A stretch of DNA of 62,727 nucleotides, counting the filler, from Choristocarpus tenellus KU-1152 (Eukaryota > Protista > Phaeophyceae): assembly GCA_964200185.2 (NCBI GenBank). It is 7 parts of 7 records of this genome, joined end to end, with 100 filler letters (N's around TTAATTAATTAA, not from the genome) between each part and the next. Parts side by side here need not be neighbours in the genome. Positions count along the whole stretch, not along the records: positions 26,027 to 31,243 come from CAXNAD020011474.1; positions 31,344 to 45,453 come from CAXNAD020001276.1; 5 more parts are not named here. One strand, 5' to 3'. A program made the position numbers and the translations under genes. Position 1 is the stretch's first letter; each line of letters starts with the position of its first letter. Of this stretch, positions 26,195-37,900 are shown one piece after another. The notes under the pieces were generated by a model, which was not told the origin of the DNA, did not search any database, and saw nothing but the letters and a program-made list of their open reading frames with translations.

Positions 26195-26404
26195 AAAACG
26201 TAACAAAATAAAAACTTCCTCTATAGGATTTTTATTGTTAGAGGACCAATAGAGGTCAATTAACCATGAACAAAAAATAGTTACAAGAAGAACTTTGGCA
26301 AGGAGGTTATCGTTGTTGACCTCTCCAGCTGTAGTGCAATACACCTTTGGCTGCAAGGCACCAGGCTGTGCTGGAGTTGCAACAACCAGCGCAACATGAT
26401 GTGT

Positions 26405-26664
26405 GAGTCAAAGAATCTTAGAGGGCACACCCGTCCGTGTCCATTTGGGGACCAAATCCAATGTTGCCATTCTGATGTAATTTTGGCTGTCGTGTTTTTT
26501 GGAAGTGTCAATATCCTTGTTCCAGACCCACCTTTTCATATCGTATACATTCTACCTATTCCGAAATATTTTGGTGTAGGAAAAAGTCGTAAAAACCCCA
26601 AGGGAAGTCAAGCACCAAATGGACAAACAGGGCAGAAGTCGTACCTTCTAAGGTACTTTAACTC
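26405..26664. mobile_element. MITE family A, TSD TGT
   Basis: GAGTCAAAGAATCTTAGAGGG ... ACCTTCTAAGGTACTTTAACTC; TGT on both flanks. Confidence 0.9.
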
Positions 26665-28666
26665 TGTGTGCCCAGTCCCCTCTACCATATCCTCTTTGTT
26701 CTACTCCTCACCGAGTGAAAGGAAACCTATAGATCAATCAAATTAGTCGATAGACTCACACTATTCTTGGTTCTCAGACCCAGGGCAACAAAAAATCATT
26801 CGACAGGCTAACTTTCCCCATTCTGAACTACCCACTAAACAAATATTTCTGGGACTTCAAAAGTAAGACCTGCAAGTAGTAGTGGTTGCTATGTCATCCC
26901 ATCGTCTCCTAATCTATCCCTCCAAAATTCTAAATTGATGGGCTGCTTCATCATTAGTCTCATTGACAGAATAGAGATAAATCGCCTTCGTAGCAGGCAG
27001 GCAGGCCTACACATTATTTCCCTCATTTCCATCAGTCACCTCTGACGCTGATGTAATTATATTATTGAAAATCAGAATTGTCAAGATAGTAGGGGTGGAG
27101 GATATTGCTGGGTGTATGTGTTAACACTTTTATTATTGGCCCATCATTGTGACATACAATAGATTATTATAGTAGTGCAACGTAACATACGTTTTTTCTT
27201 TTACACTGTACTCGGCAACACTCATTATCACTTGTCAATTGAATATACATCACTTCTAGAGCACTATCTAAGATTATGGTGGTCTTTTTAACGAAACGAA
27301 CAGTTGAAAAGGCACATCAAGACCTACGTAATACACATATCGCACACAACAATAGTGGCTAATCGTCAGTATGCCTAATTCGACAAACAAATACTTTTTG
27401 TGCTTTTTCTTACTATCCAGCCCTTACTTCAGGATGGTAGCACCTTGCCAATTTGATGAAAGCAAGGAGACGAGGGTATATTTTCATTGAAGAGGACAAT
27501 CAGCGCAATTGATTGGCAAAAAAAAGTAGTTTTACCACGTACTTGGCAACATGGTTGTATGCGATCAATTTAATCCCCAAGAGAAATTTGCTCCACCAAC
27601 TTCCAACCTGGTGTTTTCTAGATGATAGCACCACACAACACCCGGTCCAGATGCTGCCAGCTTCAGGGGACACTGCAAAAACATGTTTTAGAGAGGTGGC
27701 CACACAGTCAGGTTCTGGGGAGGATAGGAAGTGGGTCAATGGGCTGCAAATAGGGGGAACACCAGTTTCACGATTTTGGAGAGACCCATAGCAATACACC
27801 CACCTGTTTTGTTGGTCGAGAGGACCCCCACTGCACAGCATTTGGGCTACAGGAAAAAGTCATGGTAGGCAGTCAGTTGCTCAAAACGAGAGAGTAAGCA
27901 GGAACCATCACACTTGTATGTTCTATATAGCACCAGTTCAAAATATGCCTGACTTCAAGAACCTCACGAGAAATTATGGGACACCAGATAGAAGGTGTAT
28001 CATGCTGTACAACGGTACAGGCATTACTATTTGTCCATCCAAGCTGATACTTATCATAGTCAAGTAAACACAACTGTTGTAAGCTATATGTACCCTCTTT
28101 TTTCCCATAACAAACACCTATCACACAAAAAAAAAAAAAAAAAATGCACACTATACCTTGGGCGGATGTCCATGCTCTTCACAACACTATCAACAAGTAC
28201 AACTTTTCTATAGCAATGCACCATACAGAGTACCGACAATATCAACATTTTGGTGTCACATACACATCCAAAGCAACGGGACAGAACAGTTAAACTTCTG
28301 AAAGGTCACAGCCAGCGAGCTACAACATCTGGGATCTAACAGAAACACCTTAGGGTTAGGGTAGGGTGACAGATAGGACAATCCAACAGCCTAAAAAAAC
28401 ACATGACACTAAAAAGGAACCAGAAGTACACAATGAACCTAAAGTTAATCCTCATGACCACGGCTCGTGAAGAGAGCCAAAGGTGACTACACAAAACTCA
28501 TATCGTACCTGGAAGCAAAACTGCACACAGAACGACCACACAAAAGGCAACATCAAGCACTGACAATATAGAAAAAGAGACTGCAGCAGTGAAACCACCA
28601 CCCCACTCTCCCAACTATCCAAAACCCCACTGAGAAGTCCCGCTTGAATTCCCTGTCGCTCTCCAT

Positions 28667-29749
28667 CTAGCAGCAGGCCAGGGATAACAACTTGAACTTG
28701 GCAGAACCTCGAACTTTACGCGTATTTATTGCCCCAGCCTTTTTAGCCAGTTCATACTCAGGCCTCTTTAACACCCTAAAGGTTAACCGTGAAGAAATTT
28801 CTTCACCATGCCCTCCCCCTCCTTCAGCATTGATCACATCAATATGTTTCCCATCAGCCCTGGTTACTGAGTTCACAGTTGAACCAGAAACTCCCCCTCC
28901 ATGCAGAGGAATGAAGGTGTAACTCTCAACCGAGATATGCTCGTCCCAAAGTCCATCTATCAAGTACTGCGAACCATCGTGATTAGGACTAGTGCCGTTC
29001 ACAAGGACCTCCACCACCCCCATGCCCACATAGCTGCCAAGGTAGCCGACAGAGACAGAAGAACCGGTCCGGCATGTCATATCAAACGAGATCGAAGCTC
29101 CAGGTGAATTGTTTCCATACACCAGCAAGCCAGGCTTCCCTGGGACATCCTCGCCCAGCTTCCAAGCATTCTTCTCCTGGTTGCTGTTGTCACCAGTACC
29201 ATCCGATCCAAAGACAGGCTTGAAAGGGGAACCTCCTGTGACGCCCATGTATGTGAGGTGACCCTGGAGGCAAGTCTGTTCAGCCCGCTCTGTCACACCA
29301 TCTAGGAATGGGACCCTATGGGTTGCCCCCCCAAACTTGGAGCAGAAATTTACATACTCAACCTGGAGGTAATGGATGAGGACATCTGCAAAAAGCTGGT
29401 GTGTTTCCCAACCAGGGTGTGGAGTGCCCTTGCTAGGTCCCCCACCATTGCCCCAGAGTCGTATTGCATCTGTGGGATCACTCCTGTTGGGATAGACAGC
29501 ATGACGGTAGGATACCATAGGTACCTCGTAGCGCTCTGTGATGGAGCTATGCAGCTCTGCGACATTCACTCCAAAGTCAGCCTCGAAGCCCTCTACATAG
29601 ATAAGTGCTGGCCGACTGTATATTTTGTTCAGCACGTAATCAGTGAAGACCTCGTGGTCAATGAGGAACTTGGTCGTGTTCTGTTTGTAGTACTGCATCA
29701 AGAGGCGCAAAAGGTGAACAAGAGACACAACGATCAGCAGTCGAGCCAA
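28667..29749 (-). CDS. SGNH/GDSL-hydrolase-like (Cap64-like) protein, terminal exon
   Basis: 360-aa ORF with PALIYV, YEVPMVSY, HPGWETHQLFADVL (block V-like His), WKLGEDVPGKPG, VGYLGSYVGMG, IDGLWD. Probable acceptor before 29692 and a mini-exon 29857-29873; N-terminal catalytic Ser block not seen. Confidence 0.65.
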   Translation of the reverse strand: MARLLIVVSLVHLLRLLMQYYKQNTTKFLIDHEVFTDYVLNKIYSRPALIYVEGFEADFGVNVAELHSSITERYEVPMVSYRHAVYPNRSDPTDAIRLWGNGGGPSKGTPHPGWETHQLFADVLIHYLQVEYVNFCSKFGGATHRVPFLDGVTERAEQTCLQGHLTYMGVTGGSPFKPVFGSDGTGDNSNQEKNAWKLGEDVPGKPGLLVYGNNSPGASISFDMTCRTGSSVSVGYLGSYVGMGVVEVLVNGTSPNHDGSQYLIDGLWDEHISVESYTFIPLHGGGVSGSTVNSVTRADGKHIDVINAEGGGGHGEEISSRLTFRVLKRPEYELAKKAGAINTRKVRGSAKFKLLSLACC

Positions 29750-30532
29750 ATGTTGTTCGCATTGATTCGAGCAGGTTGTTTCATCTATCTGGGGTTGTGG
29801 GTGCGGTGGTCGAAGAGGTTAGTACTACTTGCCCATCATTTCGGTTTTTTACTCACCAGAATGACAAGGGATGCTAACACAAAGCAACAACAAGGTCCAT
29901 CCAAAAACAAATAAAAATTCACTCCCTGCTCATGAAGAACGGCAATGTACTTCAGCTTTCAGAATGATTGTCATCCCATCACAACATGTTGTACAGAAGT
30001 ATTGAAGGAACAGAGATGTGAATCAAGTGGATTTCTGTAAAGGCCAGCAGTGACATCCAGACAAGAAAATTGTTTGGGTCTTTCATGACATAACTCAGGG
30101 GAGCTAGATCTATCTATGCCTGCACTTTTTCACTCAAAGGATCTTCTCTAGTGACTGTCCGATCACAAACAAAAAATATATATTTTTTATTAATTTTCAA
30201 TTGATAATAAGAACATTATTGTCTTGACAGATGTATAATATATTATATCACAGAAGGGACCAAAATCGATCGACAAAGTGTATCCTTCATACAATCAATT
30301 GGACTTGATATTTATATTTTTATGTGTGTGAGATGCATGCAAGTTTTCGCTTCGAGTGCATCTGAAATTTATGAGCCGATTCAAGTTATTAATCCTTTTC
30401 ACCAATCCTTGCATTCACACCAATGTTAAGCTTTCGATATTTCCTCAAGTGTTGATAAGGGAAACACAAAAAGGTCCACCGCAAAGGATCAAACTACTCG
30501 TATCATGGCAACATAAAATCAACATACATCAA

Positions 30533-31243
30533 GTACAACTGTACCACATATTGGTATCGGACACTTCAATCTATGTGAAGTACAACTGCAACATATATTG
30601 GTACCACACAATTCAAATAACATAAAAGTACAAAGGCATCCATACATTGGTACAACACTATTCAAAGTACGAAAAGTACAGCTGTACCATATATTGGTAC
30701 CATATAGTTCAAATAGTGCCAGGTATAGTGCCATCTCTTGGTACCGCACTATTCAAAGAACACAAAGTACAGCTGTACCATATATTGGTACCATATTATT
30801 CAAATAATGCAGAGTATAGTGCCATCTCTTGGTACCGCACTTTTCAAAGAACACAAAGTACAACTGTACCATATATTGGTACCATACAATTTAAACAATG
30901 CAGAGTATAGTGCCATCTCTTGGTACCGCACTTTTCAAAGAACACAAAGTACAGCTGTGCCATATATTGGTACCATACAATTTAAACAATGCAGAGTATA
31001 GTGCCATCTCTTGGTACCGCACTTTTCAAAGAACACAAAGTACAACTGTACCATATATTGGTACCATATAGTTCAAATAGTGCCAAGTATAGTGCCATCT
31101 CTTGGTACCGCACTTTTCAAAGAACACAAAGTACAACTGTACCATATATTGGTACCATATAGTTCAAATAGTGCCAAGTATAGTGCCATCTCTTGGTACC
31201 GCACTTTTCAAAGAACACAAAGTACAACTGTACCATATATTGG
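30533..31243. repeat. 91-bp minisatellite (two related ~45-bp halves), runs into linker
   Basis: Unit GTACAGCTGTACCATATATTGGTACCATATAGTTCAAATAGTGCCAGGTATAGTGCCATCTCTTGGTACCGCACTATTCAAAGAACACAAA; ~6 near-identical copies from ~30676, degenerate copies to the left. Confidence 0.92.
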
Positions 31244-31343
31244 NNNNNNNNNNNNNNNNNNNNNNNNNNNNNNNNNNNNNNNNNNNNTTAATTAATTAAN
31301 NNNNNNNNNNNNNNNNNNNNNNNNNNNNNNNNNNNNNNNNNNN
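31244..31343. other. Artificial contig linker
   Basis: N44-TTAATTAATTAA-N44. Confidence 0.97.
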
Positions 31344-31401
31344 TCCGATCTGGGAAAAACGGACCCCCCCCCCCCCCCCCCCCCCCCAGATATTTTGAAC
31401 C
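31344..31401. mobile_element. MITE family B-like right end
   Basis: Poly-C followed by AGATATTTTGAACC at contig start. Confidence 0.55.
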
Positions 31402-31995
31402 TGATACCTCCAAAGCAAATAAAAGTAAGGGATCGGCAGAGCATTGATTTTGATGACAACCAGAGATTCTCACCAACCAGATATTTGGGGGGGGGATTGG
31501 TGGATCGTTTTGACATTTTAGGGTATACCGTCAAGATATGCATATACCGATGACGGTATGTATCCATTACTTTATACCTTCATTAGTTCATCGTACCATT
31601 CCACCGATTCCATCGCCTCTTTATTTTTATTTCCTCGCATGGTACATATCGTACATCAGTTTCACCCTCAGCCCCTTTCTATCAAACTTATATCCTCTCC
31701 CTAACCCTAACCCTAAAAATCGATTAGTGATACTTTATTTTAATTTTCATGCATGCAAGTACAGACTACTCCCTCAAATTTTCAAAAGTGACGACAGTAT
31801 CAACCCTAACCCTAACACACTAATACAAATTAGTGTATATCAACAGTACTGTCATGCCATGTCATTCACATTCCTCTTCAATTTCAAGGACAAAATCATA
31901 CTCAAACCCAACCTCCTCCTTTGACAGCATCAACCACATTGGTGTTCATGTTCCTGGTCTATCATTAGTGATCTCCAAAGGTGTAAGGGGCTTAC

Positions 31996-34900
31996 CTCCT
32001 CCATGCTGAAGTCTCCAACAAGGATTACCTCCATATTTGATGTAGTCATGTGCGACTGGATAGCCTTTGAAGCGCTTTCAAGATCGACGGCCTGAGGGTT
32101 AGGGTTAGGGTTAGGGTTAGGGTTGAAGGAGTACCAACACAGCACACAGTATGCATGACACATATCGTCCCATCACCATCACCTCTGAAACATTCAATTG
32201 CATCTTAATCCTCCTGTTCTTCAGGCCTGGTAGACAGGATTAATATTATTATTATTATTACCACACAGAATGTATGACAACATCACTTACAACTATCACA
32301 TTCTGAAATGCCCAATTCCACATATGTATGTACATACACTTTTTTCAGGTATGATAAGACACTATTGTTATTGCTGTCACTACTAACCCTAACCCTAAAG
32401 TGGCACACTACTACAAACGATATAAATACTGTTACTAAACTTATTCCGTAGTACTAAGCCTAGAATATTCCATGTATCTGTCAATACAGTAGTAGCATAT
32501 CAGTCTTGTCACACCAAGTCAGTGCCCATACCCTAACCCTAACCCCAATTACATTCAGCATAGGGTTAGGGTTAGGTCATTCAACACATGTCTCATTCTA
32601 CAAGCCCAAACTGAAACCTAGTCCTCTAACCCTTGTACACAAATCTCAGAAAACCTTTAGCAACCATACAATTATTACTATAATTTGAAGAATTATTTCA
32701 TACCCCCCCCCTAACCCTGTAAGCCCTGACCCCAACCCTCAAAGCTCGCCTCTACATCCTGTGGAGGTATAGACATGAAACGGTCATCTCCCCCAGACAT
32801 TCGGTGCATGAGCGCCTCCGTGGAACTCCCTTCAAGGGACTTCATTGCAGTTTCATGAGCCTGTCTCACAATGAGCACAAAAAACAATAATAAAAATAAT
32901 AACAAATAAAAGAGAAAATAAATGAAAATATTCTAACATCTAAACAAAACACATCGTAGTTATTTCTGCTATCAACATTGCTATTATCAAACATGTGAGG
33001 GGAAAAGTAAGTAGCTGGTTCATGAATTGCTGGGATAGGAGGTATGCTATGGTAGGAACAATGGCATGATGAGAAAGGCTGTGTGATGTGATGTGTGTAA
33101 GAGAGAGAGAGAGAGAAAGAGAGAGAAAGAAAGAGATGAAGAGATGTACTAAAAAAACCCTATCACCACTGAGGTTAGGGTTAAGGTTTAACTGTTTGAT
33201 GAACAAAGCCAATCCCAATTCTACTGTAGCATTCAAACATGCCACACAAACACAGATATAGTGCCATTAGATGACATCACTACTTAGGGTTAGGGTTAGC
33301 AGACTCCTGCAGTCCTTTCTCCATCAACACACCAGTAAATCCTTTCCATGGCTCTTCTCTACTCACTACTCACTGACAACAACGGCAACCCAAAAGTCAA
33401 CAACGGCAATGGTAGGTAGTAGTATTATGGTATTACCAAAGAACAAATAGAGACTCCTACATATTTAATATCACCCCTTTCAAAGAGGTACATGAGGCAC
33501 AGAAGCCGGTCCCTCCTGGAGAGGATAGGATAAAATACATTATCTATGAAAACAAGGACCCGACCTGTAGAATGCTATACCCCTCTTGAAGCACATCAGT
33601 TGGGGTTAGGGTGTTCGTTTTTTTCAATCCAAACGTACCCTTACCCTTACCCTAACCCCTAAAATACCAGAGGAATGATCACAGCACTCTGTATATGATA
33701 ACAAAACATTAAAAAATACCAGAGCACATTAACAACTGTATGACAGATACAACCCAATACAATAAAATATAACACATAAATTTTAGGTGGAATTGGTAAA
33801 AATGGAGTGTTGTGATGCAAACATGATTATAACTTCATTGCTATTATCAGAGGGTAAGGGCTAACCAATGAGGAGGACTAGGGTTAGGGATGTCTCAGTG
33901 TCTCACCTGCATGAAGGACTGCTTGGCACGTTTGAGTGCATCTTCTTCCCAAACATAACCCGTCATGATCTTGTGCAGCACCTTCATCAACATCCAGCCA
34001 AGATAGGTCGACATCAATCAAACAAAACATCAGACACAGCAATACTAAAAAAAAGATAATAACAACACCTAATAAAAAGATAATAAGAACAATAGTAAGA
34101 ACAAGAACATGGTGGGTTAATGGGACATACACATTGATAGTTAGAAAAAAATTAACTCTAACCCTAATCCTAACCATGAAAAGGTAAATATCGTACAAAA
34201 AATGACCTAAACCGACAACAAGCTCTCTCTCCTCTCCTCTCCTCTCCTCCCATCCCATCAACACAACACCTCTTCAATCTATCCAAACAAGAAATACTTG
34301 CCCACCCTAACCCTAACCCTAACCCAACAGAACATATTAATAATACTTTAATCAACTCTTTGTCATGTGCATTTTTCATCTCCTTTTTTATTTACTATTA
34401 TTTTTATTTTTCCATAAATCGGAACACTTTCGACCAATCAAAATCCCCCCCAGACTAGAAATACTATCAATACTACAGAGAATCCAATAAAACAAAAGTA
34501 CAACCCAATGCCTCACCTGGAAGGCAGCCTCCATACCGCTGAGACCCAGAGACTCATCAGTAGCAACCCCTTCCTCCCCTAACTTCACCCCCTCCTTTAC
34601 ATGGCCATCTTCTCCCAGACCAAAGCTACTGTCACCACCATCTCCCCCCATGCCATTCCTACCTCTGGAGTGTAACTGACAATAGAAATAAATAATAATA
34701 AAACTTTGATGTCAAGTTGGTTTTGTTATGAGTCAAAGTATCTTAGAGGGTAGAGCTGCGTCCATTTGGGGACCAAAATCCAATGTTGTAATTTTGATGT
34801 AATTTTGACTATTGTGTTTGTTAGGAAGTGTCAATATCCTTGTTCCGGACACATCTTTTCAAAACATTTATACATTTTACTTACTCCAAAACATTTCAGA

Positions 34901-37900
34901 GCAGGAAAATGTAACAAAAAACTTCATACAAAGCCAAGCCTCAAATGGACAAACAGGGCAAAACCCTAACCCTCCAAGATGGTTACTTTCACCGTTATCT
35001 CACGACCACTCTTCTTATTGGGTACATAAAACACTATTAAACCAACTCGAGAATATCAAGGACAATTGCATCATAATATGTTAAATATATCCAAAATAAT
35101 AATAATAAAAATAATGTTTGAATAGATCTAGATGTGGCAGCTGATAAAATTATATAAAAGCCCCTACCAAATGATCACCAGAGGAGGTACCAACAAATAC
35201 CAATACTTCAAATAGAAAATACATCAAAAGCATAAGCAAAGTAACAATAGCATATTATATTTTTTTTCTAGGAAAGTATCAAAGTATCGAAGTATCATGG
35301 CTTACACGCATAGAGGATTAAAGAAACAAAAGTCACTAGATTTTCTGATAATAAAATACTGAAAAAAAATCGAAAAAAAACTGAAAAAAATAACGATTAA
35401 AATGAGTAAAAAAGCACCAACAAGCGTTTTGAAGGAAATGAATGAGAGCACCTCACAAAATACTTTACTCATAAAAAATAAAACATTAACTATGTTTCTA
35501 CTCTGCTGTGTATGAACCACCTCCATCTTAATATTCAAAAATAAAAATGTTTTGATAATGATAATAGTAATATTGCAGTACCAACCAATCCCACTCCGCA
35601 CTCTGTACAAAAATCTCAATCGAAATCAGGTACACCAAAAATGCAGAGGCGTTTTTCATACACCAGTTACTAACCCTAACCCTTTCCTCCACGACATCGT
35701 TGTCAACACCTGTCTTACAATGATAAGGGTTAGGGTTAGGGGTGGAGTACATACTGTATCCTTAGGGTTAGGGCGGTTGATATCTCACCTTTGTTGTTGG
35801 GAAGGCAAGGTCCAACTGGAGGTATTCATCATTGGCATCTACAGTGACCATGATCAGGTGATCAATACAGAACAGCTCCACCTGATAATTTTTTTAACGG
35901 TCATCAAAGGGGCAGGCAATGAAAGAACACAAATGACCTCTCTCTCAGGTATACACCAATATTGCACACCCTGAAAGGCGTGTGACACTCAATATGATTG
36001 CACTCCACACTCCACATTGAGACATGGCCGTATTTTCTCGACCATGACATGGGAGTCAGTACAAAATATATGTGTAACACATGGTTAGTTAGGGTTAGGG
36101 TTTGACCTGAAACACTTTCCGGTTCACAAAACACTTAACTCCGACAAAAACCAGACAACAGTGTATTAACTTATCTAACCCTAACCCTAACCCTAACCCT
36201 AAATTTAACATATATAAATGTCCCAGAAGACTCAACTTGAAAACATAGGTCGGAATCAAGTCATGTTAGGATAAGATAAGATACGTTACGATGTGTCACA
36301 TTGTATAATGTGTATAATGTCAGCAGTCATGTACAGTTAACAATACATTTCGATACAAAAAACGTCCCCACACGGAGTTACCAAGATGTTAATAAACCTC
36401 ATCAGGCGTGTTTACTAACCCTAACCCTAACCCTTAATAAACCTCGTCAGGCGTGTTTACTACACATGGACAAAAAAAGAAAAAGAGGACACCACACAAC
36501 GGAGTTAAAAAATATAAAAAAGAGTCAGTGCAGCTACCGCACCATTTGAAAAAATATAAAATATAACAAAAACAAATTACATCCTACCTCCAAGTCAAAG
36601 GCTTATCTGTCCAACCCTAACCCTAATCCACAATACATATTAAAATTAGAGGAACAACAGCAATTGCATAGATCACGAAAACTCTAAATCTCAACTTCTC
36701 CAACACGCCATGCCATATAATGCAACTCCAAATTATTCCTTGTCGACCCCCCCTCCCCCCAACACACCTGCTCCCTCATCCAATCCCCAAATGCACCTCC
36801 CTCCTGCATGGTCCTTGCTCCAATAGCAACTGATCCCTTCCCCAACACCTGTTCCAACTGCCTTCCCCCAGGCATAAGTACCCTCAACTGCCCCCTCTGA
36901 CTCTCATGTGTATGCTGCACCATGTTCACATGAATACCTGCAGGCATGAAAAACATAAAATAAACAAAATATTTTTGTTAATCATCTTTTTTCTTCTTTT
37001 TTTGACTTGTGCGCGCCAGACAAACAAAACACCCTCTACCACTATATATCTCCAACCCTAACCCTTAGGGTTAGGGTTATATATGTAAACATAAACATAT
37101 GAAACGGCACGTACTGGAACCAATACTCTCAACACAAAAGGACAAATCAGACACTACTGCCACCCAGGTACTACAAGACCCAACCAAATGGCACAATGTA
37201 AACCAGTATAATCACGATGCAAATCCCTTCACGGTCATGACTTAGGGTTAACCCTAACCCTTACTACTGAACTTCCCAACCCCAACCCCAACTCTAACCC
37301 TAACAACAGTATTATTATTAACATAGCTGTTATTGAAGCCCCTCACCATTGTTGAGCCTTCTCAATTTGGTTCCAGTTGTCTCTTCTGTAACAGACAATT
37401 GATCCTGACTGATGTCTCCTACTCCCAACCACTGCCCCTCCCTCTCTGCCCCCTTGGGGTCTGCCATCGGAGCCCAGGCAGGCTTCAGTTCCCTGTTGAG
37501 GTCTTCAAGTTCACTAGGGGTGAAGAATGACTCAGGTACAGAGATGTCTTCCGACTCATTGATCTATTTGATGGACATGGACATAGACAGTATGTGTGCG
37601 TGTGTGTGGGCTAGGGGCTAGGGGAGTCATGCCAGGCTGTGACACAGTTTGCACAATTTTAGGGTTAGGGCAGTCATATTCAGGGTTAGGGTTATGATAC
37701 TGTTTCGAAGTTATAGGGTGTATGTTAATTCAGGAAGAGAGTCACAAGCAATAATAACACCTATATATTATGTAGTGTATGTAAACCATGAAGACACAAG
37801 GAATTGCTCAACACTTGGCTAATACTCAAGGGTTAGGGCTAGAGTAGGGCTAGACATTATAACAATTAAAAAAATAAAACAGTAGCACAAAAAAACAGTG

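Noticed and set aside
30676-31243. CRISPR-like appearance of the 91-bp (and 49-bp) repeats
   Set aside because: Units are contiguous with no unique spacers, no cas genes, eukaryotic context.
36175-36202. True chromosome end
   Set aside because: Tracts are short, internal, bidirectional and inside a spliced gene.
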